DNA of 63,800 bases, filler included, from Collodictyon triciliatum (taxonomy: Eukaryota): NCBI GenBank assembly GCA_043381765.1. It is 9 parts of 9 records of this genome, joined end to end, with 100 filler letters (N's around TTAATTAATTAA, not from the genome) between each part and the next. Parts side by side here need not be neighbours in the genome. Positions count along the whole stretch, not along the records: positions 49,858 to 58,054 come from JBHJMP010003534.1; positions 58,155 to 60,981 come from JBHJMP010003590.1; positions 61,082 to 63,800 come from JBHJMP010003638.1; 6 more parts are not named here. The stretch is one strand, 5' to 3'. The stretch's first letter is position 1; every line of letters begins with the position of its first letter. The notes under the pieces are model-generated. The model saw nothing but the letters and a program-made list of their open reading frames with translations, did not search any database and had not been told where the DNA came from. Positions 54,265-63,800 of the stretch are shown piece by piece. Made by a program: the position numbers and the translations under genes.

Positions 54265-55368
54265 TTACTGGATGTCGATTGGGATAGTAGTCTTTTGGTT
54301 TGCCACTTCAGGTTTTGGGACGGTCACATCCAACAAACCATCTTTGAAGACTGCCTTGATGGATTTAGGGTCGACACGGTCCGGGATTCTGATGGAGCGA
54401 GAAAACTGACCGTATCTGCAATTATTTAGAGAGGTATCCAGCCAAGGTTATGGCTCATGAATTAGGTGTATGCTCTAGATTTTTATAGGTTGCTCGGCTG
54501 TACATTCGAACAAAACAAGACGAACAGCATCAAAAGCAAATGAATCTGCTGACCTTCGTTCGATACGGTGGTACTGTTTGCTTGGGTCTTGTTCGTTGCG
54601 TTCAACCGTCTTTTCTCCGCTGATGGTTAGGATATCGTGATTGATATCGATCTTGACATTTTCTCTGGCTATTCCTATAGTAGTTCGTTTATTTCGAGTA
54701 AAAATTAATCGAAAAGCTACCATAGAAGTGTGTGCGCATCTCGTTCGTTAATATGTAAATCAGATCCAATTTTTATTCTCCCTCTTTTTACCAGGAAGTT
54801 CTGCATGGATGGTTATGGATTTTTCGTCCTCAGAGACATCCATGTGCGGATGGAAGATAGTTTGAGGCAGAGAAAGTGCTCCTTCATGAACTTTCTGCGA
54901 TGATTCCAACTCAGTACTCTGTTTTGTACAGGAGGCGTGTGGTAAATAAGTAACTATAACTAATTTGTTCATAAAGTTTAATCACCCTACACGTTCATGA
55001 GAGTTTGTATCTCATACCTGTTTCTTTGATTCCTCAGCCCCTTCGAGTTTCTCTTGCTGCTTCCTATTTCTTTTCGACCTTTGTTGGGTTTGCCTAGTTT
55101 CGGAGTCCATGTCATCCAGGAGTCCGAGGAATCGATTGCGCAAAAGGCGCGAGCTGTAGAAAGGGTCTTCATGGATGAACGGGTCGCCAAAAGCCTGGAA
55201 CAAACAACAAACCCACTCTTGTGTTGAGTATTTCGATGCTTGGAACTGATGAAGGCTAGGAATATGATATATATGGATTTATGATATAATATTTTCATAA
55301 AGTTTAACCTCGTCGAAAATGCGATTCATGCGCGATTGCATCACACGGAAGTCATAGAACGGGTCCAT
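54265..55368 (-). CDS. Small heat-shock protein (HSP20/alpha-crystallin domain), 5 coding exons
   Basis: MDPF...MNRIFDE; PHMDVSEDEKSITIHAELPG; ILTISGEK; HRIERR|YGQFSRSIRIP; AVFKDGLLDVTVPK. Confidence 0.93.
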
Positions 55369-55648
55369 CTTATCCAGCAGAGCCTGTTATTGGTTGAGCC
55401 TTGATATGATTCGTTGCGATGTGATTCGTTATTTAAAGTTGATACTTAAACATGGTGATTGATGTTAGTCCAGCTCTAGACTAACCTTAATTCGGTTCGA
55501 TTCGGTTCGTGTTGGTTGTTAGTGTTGGCGTTGGCGTTGGCGTTGGTTCTGTATTCGTGCTCCGGCTTGTGTTGGGGATTCGCTTTAGTTATGATTGCCA
55601 GGATGTAAGATTCACCAACGCCGTTCAGGTCCAAGGAGTTCACCCAGA

Positions 55649-55800
55649 CTTAAATATCCTGAGGCGTTCTCGGGAGATGCTTCTAGGATGATGAGGAAGT
55701 GACACCAGGCGTCGTCACTTTGATTCTAGACGCTTCGAGTCGCTGTCGGTTCTGCACTTTCTCGAAAAGTCCTTCCTATCTTTGGGAGTTGCGAACGTTT
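55649..55800 (-). promoter_or_regulatory. Putative heat-shock promoter: TATA-like TATTTAA with upstream HSE-like nTTCnnGAAn arrays
   Basis: aTTCtaGAcgcTTCg at 55723-55737, tTTCtcGAAaagtc at 55758-55771 and GAAcgTTT near 55793, all directly upstream of the sHSP gene. Confidence 0.6.
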
Positions 55801-56466
55801 CCAGTGTTTTCTCCCCTTTTACATTTGTGGAAAATATACTTCAAATTTTCAGTTTTTTTATTGCCGTTCATCTCGTGCTAACAAACAAAGAATATGCTAT
55901 AGCATAGTGCTGTTTTAAATGTTATTATTGGTTTTTTCTTAAAATATTGTTTTGTTACCTCTAATCCTTTCAAACAAAGTCTGAGTGTGGGATATGTGTT
56001 TGATGCGAAGAATTATGGAGTGATTTGGCTCTTTTACTGGCCCTCGAGAAAGTTTTGATACCTGTTAATTGAAGTGGAACGACAAGAAGGTGCCTTCGCC
56101 TCTGAAGCATTTTTTTTCTTTCCGGCACTTTATTGAGAGAAAACAAAGCCGAGGAAAACGCCTTCGTCCCTAGGACAAAAATGAACTGTGGACAAGACAG
56201 TGGAAACCCCCCGGATTGTGTGGTTGGAGGTTTTGTGTTTTGGGTGGAAAGAAAAAGAAAACAAGATAGAAAGGAGAGAAAATGTTCTCACACGCAAACT
56301 ATTCTACCCGAGGTGAATCAGCTCCAACGCGATTTCTGGTTGTATTCGAGACTGACAGAAGAGCGGATAAAGTTGTCGGGTCGATGAAAGTACGCACATG
56401 GCAGTCACTTCTCAAATCGATTCCGACGAGTCCTTTCAACCATCTATCTCAGACAAGGTTTACATC

Positions 56467-57796
56467 CTATTTCATTCCACAGGATGAGTCTTTTGAGGAG
56501 ACGACGGGCCACTTTCCTTGCGTTTCTTGCTGGGCGACTCTGACAAAAAGCGATGCATCGTTGTTTGTCTGGTATTATCGGAAGTGGTGCTTGACCGTCC
56601 CCTGGTTTCGGGACCATGCGTAGCCGGCAGTGGACTTTGCTTAACCGGAGTATGGATACGCGTTTGTGGTTTTAGAAAAATACGCTCCTGTTTGCTCGGG
56701 CTGTCTTTGGTGTGCGAAGTTCCAAGCTTGGATTCGACTTGTGCTGTTTGCTCTTGCTCCTTAGTTCTCGGTGCAACGGGCTGGGGCAGGGTAAACGGAC
56801 TATCTTTGGTGGGCGCTGATTCTTGTGTTGTCTTCGCTTTGGAGTATCCTTTCGAATATGTAACGAAGACTGCCTTGATGCCTCATATGTTAACCATATT
56901 CACGTCAGTCTGTATGGGTAGTTTAAGGGGGGATTTCTTTCGTGGTTTGGAGATGTGCTGCTCTTGGGTCTTGCGATGCGCGGGCTTGTCCGGTGTTGGC
57001 GGTGGAGTGCTCGAGTGCGAGGATTCTGAAGAGGAACCGAGATTTCCTTCCATGTCATCGTCGCTGTCGCTGTATGCGCGTATCTGCTGTGAGTCTTGCG
57101 GGCTCAGTTGTTGCCTGGCCTTGGCTTCCTTGACCCCGTTGCTGCTTGTCTGCTTGGCAGGTGTATTCTTTTGCGGGGCTTTTACTTGTTATTAGTTCTT
57201 AAAAGCTGGCGGACGCTCTGTGAGGATGCGCTTCAGACACCCTTTACCCATGACCGTAAACTTTGCAGGGAGCTGGTTCTTGTGATAAAGAAGCCTCACC
57301 ACGGCCGTGTCTGTGAAGAAGCCTTTGTCCTTTTTGATGTCCACGTGGGTCGGTCTGAACGGCTTCAGCTCCTCACGAAGGATTTGCGGCCACACGTCCA
57401 GCGGTAGTTGGTAGAGCATCACCGAGGTCTCTGTTGGTTTACTTCTGCTGAAGCTACTCGTAATATCAAACTTACCTGCTTCACCTCCAGAAGCTTTCGG
57501 GCGTTTTCTGCAGTGCGGAGGACAATCAGATAAAGGCCTTCGCTATCCGGTAAGCGCAATTGGATGGACTCTTCCCAAAGTTTGTTCGCTTTCAAGAAGG
57601 AGGCAAGCGCATCTGTGAGCCTACGGGACTTGTTCTTGTTATAAACGACCTGCTCGACAACGAGCAAAAATACTGTCCGATTTGACAGACTTGCAGGCGG
57701 CTTCCTTGCACGGGTCTTCCTAGACTTACGTGAAACTCGGGGGTTTTCCGCACCAGTGTTGGAACCAGAAGAACTGGGTATTGTTGAAAACTGCAA
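56467..57796 (-). mobile_element. Degenerate L1/Tx1-like ORF1 (RRM-type domain plus low-complexity basic tail)
   Basis: Intronless frame broken by a frameshift (~57420) and stops; IVLRTAENARKLLE and VMLYQLPLDVWPQILREELKPF...GFFTDTAVVRL resemble ORF1 RRM motifs; no ORF2 follows. Confidence 0.6.
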
Positions 57797-58335
57797 TCCC
57801 GATACCTACAAATCCTTGCCAACGTGCTTATATTGGTATTTGCTATACATATGTTGTATGTGATTGAAATTATTTCGATTTTTTTTTTATTCTTCCTTTC
57901 AACTTTTGTGCAGGACTGAATTGAAATTATTTCGATGATTCTAGTCCATATATGATTAAATATTAAAATTCCACATTAATAAATCTATAATCAAATAGAG
58001 TATAGATTGTCCCTTTTGGACAAGCCACAACAAAAAACCAAAAAAACCAAAAAANNNNNNNNNNNNNNNNNNNNNNNNNNNNNNNNNNNNNNNNNNNNTT
58101 AATTAATTAANNNNNNNNNNNNNNNNNNNNNNNNNNNNNNNNNNNNNNNNNNNNTTTTTTTTTTTTTTTTTTTTTTTTTTAGCATGTATGGGGTTTTAAC
58201 CAAAATAGACAATTCAATTATCGGATATGAAATTATTGATGTATCAATAATAAAGTTGAGAGAATTTTACAACTCCACAGGCCATTTTTCATTCCAACTC
58301 AACCTTTTGATCAGTCATTAATACTTTATTTTAGG

Positions 58336-60505
58336 CAGGAGACATGCGAACCATTTTGGATGATGTTTATGAGGAGGCTGAGGCTATTTACAACGTGGAA
58401 TCAAATAGCATAGGTAATTTTTTTTTCAGATCAGACCATTCAGAATTGGATTGCTTATCTTTTTACATGATCAAATTTTCAAACACTATTTATACCCAAG
58501 AATACCATTAATTTCTTAGAATCCTCTCTAGATCGAGAACAACTTGATATACCCTCAACGAACTCACTCGAGCAACCCAAAGAAACAAGTTTTTTTCCTC
58601 TTCACTTTGAATTATTAGAGTTTTAACTACGTTATGAGTAGATACTCTCTCGTATGTACTCTCTTGAATACAGAGTCAACAAGACGCATTCTTTTTGCCA
58701 ATTAATTGTACACTGATTTACAAATGATCACCCCTTGAATCCTCACCCAAACCCACCCGATTTTGCAAAACTAGTTGAGAAAGTTGTCAATATTAAAAGT
58801 TGGATTCCCATATGGAAGAGACACATTATTGCAAAAAAGAAGGTCGATGGCATACGTAAAAGGCCCAAGCTTCTTGAGTTCGAAGGGAGACATAAACGCA
58901 CCAGTAATTCCAGTCCCTTTGAACAACTCTGAAAAAAGAAAAGAAAGCAAAAGAAACGAACAAAGAAAAATAAAAGAATTTAATATGAAGAGTCCGTAAT
59001 ACATAATCATTTATAGGCATAATTAGTAGTCCACTTCTTAAAGGGACTCAATTTTAAATTATTTGAATCGTTTTCAGATATCTTTAGTAGCCTCCATCGC
59101 CATATGCAGTTCTCAACAACATATAAAAAAATGCTCTAATGTAGCACATGATATTACCTAGGCCTTCAGTTGAATAAATCTGATATTCTCAATGGGAGGC
59201 GGCCTTTTGCTTTAGATGAAGACCAAGTTAGCTACTGCAGCGAGTCTGATGATGACAGCTGCACAACCTTCGATCTTGATGAGCGAAAAGGTGATGACCT
59301 TGTTAGTCAAGATGAGTCTGACACCCTTAGTAACCAGGTTACTTTTTGACATTTTAATACACTTTTGCATGCACCCCAATTAAATTCTACCAAATGATGG
59401 AATTTACCCAACCAGGATGGGTTTTTTGTCGAACAGGGTGATTGTGATTATCACAATTCATCATCAGACTGCGAGGGGTCTGTTGAATCTGTTCGGCTCA
59501 CTTCAGGTCGAACCTTATTTACATCTTTTTAAATTATTGTAAGGCATCTATGCTTCGTTTTTATTAAGGCGGCTACTGCTCCTTACCATAAAAAATTTCT
59601 GATCTTATTTATTTTCGTTTACACTTTTTTTTATCGATGTAAATTATTTCACAATCCTGACATTTTGTTATCCAATTATTAATATATTTGGCCGACGACG
59701 CTGTGGAATAGAGCATTTGATGGTTAGTATCAATTCTTTAATTTCATCCGCTTTATTTTGTTTCAAACATCGTCTCCTCTTTAATAGCTCTCCTTTAGCA
59801 GAGTTATGCCACTAGGCGTTGAATCCCAACTCATCACAAGCTCGTATATGAAAAACCTGTCAAAATTGTAGGGCATGATGCGTTATCAGCTTGTTAAAGG
59901 TCGACCTCATGCCGTGAATTACTTTGGATCTAATTTGTCATCAGTCCATGCCATTGGCTCATGTAAATGCGCTATTATCGGTTTTGCATACTCTCTCACA
60001 GCCGAACATTTGAGTGCTTCGATTTTCCTTTATTTTTATTTCGGCATTTAAAAAATATAAAAGTGTAATGATTGCTATTTAAATGACCCCATACAGTTCT
60101 ACAAGAATTTCCGGTGGAGTACTGTTCTCCATATTAGTGCTGGGTTGGTTACTCAAGATACTAGATAATCCGGGATAACAATGGTCCATTGTTGCATATT
60201 TAGCGATAACAAAACAAAGTTTTTTGTCCGCTATAACTCAAGCTTCTTCATGTTATTGAAATTTTCTTTGGCACAACTCCTTTCATCTTTTCTTAACCGG
60301 GCCTTTGGTTTTTTGTTGATAAATTTTACCGGTAATAATAAACTAAAATTGCAGTGCCTTTTATTGCTGAAATGTAGAAGGAGCAAGTGCCTTATGTTTT
60401 CAATTAACAAAATAGGTTAAAAATATAGAGCTTTTCCTCCTTTTATAAGACGAAGATTTTTTACAGAGCAGAGATGAACATATCAAAAGTATTGAGAAAT
60501 TGATA
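58336..60505 (+). pseudogene. Decayed multi-exon gene of unknown family
   Basis: AG/GT-bounded exon-like blocks with protein-like translations interrupted by in-frame stops (e.g. LIVH*FTND, FEQL*KKKR, KKML*CST*YYL). Confidence 0.4.
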
Positions 60506-60981
60506 AATTCTCGACGAACCGCGAGCAATCATAACACCGGCCAAATGAAGGACACCCCGAGTAAATCATCCCACTCTGAGCAACCTAGCTCCAGCGGAGA
60601 GGGCCAATCACTGGAGGCTACGGCCTCCAAAAGCCAATAGACTTTTCATGCGTTTTAACGTTCTGTCGTGGAACGTCCGGGGGATTAACGACCTCCAAAA
60701 AAGAAAATAGGCCCTAAACACTGCTCTTTTCTCCCACGCAGACATCATCTGCCTCCAAGAAACATGGCTCAGCCCTGGCAATCCAACCAATAATGAAATA
60801 TGGAAAAGTCCACAAATGTGGTCCTGTGACGATAATCAACAAACATGCAGGTGTAGCGTTTTTATGCAAGAAATGGATAGCTAAACTCAATCCTCGCTTC
60901 AAAGAGATTATTCTTGGCCGCTGCATAAGTCTCGATATCCAAATAGATGGAGCTGACACTCGTATAATGACGACATACATG
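60505..60981 (+). mobile_element. 5'-truncated L1/Tx1-like LINE: end of ORF1 (stop at 60638-60640) and start of ORF2 APE endonuclease (ATG 60648), inactivated
   Basis: MRFNVLSWNVRGIND, ADIICLQETWL, AGVAFL, GRCISLDI, IMTTY; one in-frame TAG (~60708) and a frameshift (~60835). Confidence 0.9.
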
Positions 60982-61379
60982 NNNNNNNNNNNNNNNNNNN
61001 NNNNNNNNNNNNNNNNNNNNNNNNNTTAATTAATTAANNNNNNNNNNNNNNNNNNNNNNNNNNNNNNNNNNNNNNNNNNNNAAGAAAAAAGATAAAGAAA
61101 AAAGATAAAGAAAAAAGATAAAGAAAAAAGATAAAGAAAAAAGATAAAGAAAAAAGATAAAGAAAAAAGATAAAGAAAAAAGATAAAGAAAAAAGAAAAA
61201 AGGAATATAAAATATGAATTTAAATAAAGACATCCACACGACACATTCACTTGATTTCATGCAGTGTAGTGGATACAATAGCGTTATAAAATATTAGCAA
61301 TGACACACACAAGTCCATGTATTAGTTATCTATTTCTTGTATCCAACAAAACGTGCCGATTTATAGTTTCGTAACCAAG

Positions 61380-63558
61380 TACGAGATGAGCCACTCACAC
61401 GTTCAGATTTGACCCTGAGCTCGCACCAGTGGAATGCAGTTATCATCGGGAAAATATCGCCATGGATCAACCTTGAGAGTACAAACCCAGTTGTCAAGAG
61501 AAACAGCGAAATGGTAAATTACTTCCGTTTCTCTCATCCTCCGTAGCAGTATTTTTGATATATATACATACATAAATATAAATTATTCTTCCTTTCAATT
61601 TAAGGCTCAGATGTGTATATCATACAACTGTGCTCGTTTACATATATACATACGACCTGTTATGAATTTAGAGCTTTACTCATAATAATCAATGCATCAG
61701 ATATTCAAGCAAGAGCTCGCATGGGCATCTCACTTGTCCATCCCTGCTGTTTTGATTCCAGCGCCCACATCATTCAAATGTTTCAACCTCGCAAGGTAGA
61801 TTGACTCTATTTTCCCCCAATACGTTTGTATGTATGAATGTATGTATCTATGAATGTTACTGTCAATATCGTTACATCATCCTTATAGGACTAGAATATA
61901 ATCATAATATGTACATTTCCCACATATTTCCGACTTGTAGAGTCATTGGAGAGGCTGTGACACAACTCACATATACCCAAACATGGGTTCGCATTCCTGT
62001 CTCGCATCCGTCTCTCGCCTTATCGGATGAAGCGACCCATGTATGCAAATCTTAGTAATATTTCCATTGACCCAAATTCAACGATAAAGAAATGCTGTCG
62101 TGATTTTCAAGTTATCTCCCCTTTTTCCTTTTCTTTTCAAGGCCAAATGTGATGATCTACAACCCTCTGGTCGTGCTGCGAATGACCCTTGGGAGTGGTG
62201 GAGGTTCCTAAAGGCGGCCACAGATAATAATCCAAACTTGTACTGCGGTTTGTTTTCATCTATTTTCAACATAATTTTACTGAATGATGTGTTGCATCAC
62301 AACAATAAGGTACACTTCATTGACACAAGACGTGTATTGACATCTGCTTTTTTTTTTGTCTTGCACCCTTCTTTAATATGAATTTTAGCGTTGTTCCATT
62401 TTTATTTAGATATTCTCATGTTCTCTTTTCCACATGAATTTTCATGAGTTTTTACTTCTCCATATGTAGCAATTGAATTGACTACGCACTTACCGCCAAG
62501 TGAAGTTCTTGATAAATGGTTGGCCGAGTCTGTTAAGGCTTGCATTCTCCCAACAAGCATATTTATTGGGAACAAACGCGGATTTCCCACTCTCTCTACT
62601 CGTCATCAAGAGTTTGTCATGAAGCTTATAAGAGTACGTCTACCTTTCGCTGAACATACGAGTATAAATACTTAACCTATGGAAAAAAGTTGGCGATATT
62701 AAGGCACCCGCATTATTGGAGCACATATAGTGAAGTAAATATGCTTTCACACTCAAAATAGTATCGGCCAGGATGATTTATTTTTATTCTCACCTATGTA
62801 GCACAAGATCCAGTTTATTTTCAAGGGCCAAGCCTGCCATGAAGGAGGATTGGATTCTTATCGACAATATTTGGACTATCTCAACAGACAACTTCCCCAG
62901 CTTTCCCAAACGGAGCAATATGAGGAACCTTACTTGGATTATCTTCAAGTCCCACTTCAGGTGGCCACTCCAAGTTCAATCCAATTATGTTTATGGATTT
63001 GACCTGTGCACAACTTTACAATTGTGAACATACCGCTCGATGTACTTACACTATCTCCTTATACCTTTTAACACTATGCAGCCCTTGATGGATAACCTGG
63101 AATCACAAACATATGAAACATTTGAGAAGGACGCAATTAAGTACATTCAATACGAAAAGGTATATTTTCTCTTCTCATGGATGGTTTCTGCCGTCCATCA
63201 TAACTCTATAAAAAGTTACTAATTTAGGTTATTGTTACAAAAACCTTTTCTTTATTACATACCGCATTATCGCTAACTCTTTCCTATTTTTAAATCAAAT
63301 ACATGGAATAGGCAGTGAAAAAGGCACTGGAGGAAAGATTCAAAGAAGGAGACGATGTTTTAATAATGGTATTCTCTCGAAATCTTAGTATCTATGAATG
63401 AATAATGACTTTGTATACTACTTGTTCTTCTTCCTTCCCTCATAGGTTCTGGGAGCAGGAAGAGGCCCGCTTGTCCGTGCATCCCTCCGTGCTGGCGACG
63501 AAACGGGTCGAAATGTTCGTGTCTATGCAGTGGAAAAGAACCCGAATGCTGTGGTTAC
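61380..63558 (+). CDS. PRMT5: Protein arginine N-methyltransferase 5, internal part; 5' lost at contig start and 3' beyond the window
   Basis: [80 protein letters not shown]. Confidence 0.97.
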
Positions 63559-63574
63559 GTATGCAAACGAAAAC

Positions 63575-63800
63575 GAAGGAAAACAAAGGAAAACAAAGGA
63601 AAACAAAGGAAAACAAAGGAAAACAAAGGAAAACAAAGGAAAACAAAGGAAAACAAAGGAAAACAAAGGAAAACAAAGGAAAACATAGGAAAACATAGGA
63701 AAACAAAGGAAAACATAGGAAAACATAGGAAAACATAGGAAAACATAGGAAAACATAGGAAAACATAGGAAAACATAGGAAAACATAGGAAAACAAAGGA
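63575..63800. repeat. Intronic decamer repeat (AAAACAAAGG)n shifting to (AAAACATAGG)n
   Basis: Directly visible. Confidence 0.95.

Noticed and set aside
55490-55510. GGTTCGATTC resembling a tRNA T-loop/B-box
   Set aside because: It is part of a (TTCGG)n-like short repeat, and no cloverleaf or acceptor stem can be formed.
56467-60981. Possible stop-codon reassignment, suggested by many in-frame stops
   Set aside because: Intact genes (ATG4, PRMT5, the STAND gene, the desaturase) have no internal stops and end in TAA, TAG or TGA. Internal stops occur only alongside frameshifts in degenerate elements.

Overview
This window is eukaryotic nuclear DNA, most likely from a protist. It uses the standard code and GT-AG introns, is AT-rich, and is very rich in microsatellites. 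It is not one locus: nine contigs (seven of about 8.2 kb) are joined by eight artificial 100-nt linkers (N44-TTAATTAATTAA-N44), so adjacency across a linker means nothing. Recognisable genes are a GT8/glycogenin-like glycosyltransferase, a non-RD Ser/Thr kinase, a DUF4062-NACHT-TPR STAND protein, an intronless desaturase-like protein, a MENTAL-like fragment, an OTU deubiquitinase, a decaying thiolase, a copper type II monooxygenase, a PH-domain protein, WAPL, an axonemal dynein light-chain-domain protein, ATG4, HSP20 and PRMT5. Several L1/Tx1-like retroelement fragments are also present. The most interesting feature is the NLR-like STAND gene. Its TPR sensor is built from tandem cassettes of one 126-nt exon plus a homologous 57-60-nt phase-2 intron, with amino-acid variation concentrated at a few positions, which suggests a diversifying immune-type receptor. 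Gene models were spliced by eye and their boundaries are approximate. Family assignments come from motif recognition, not database searches.
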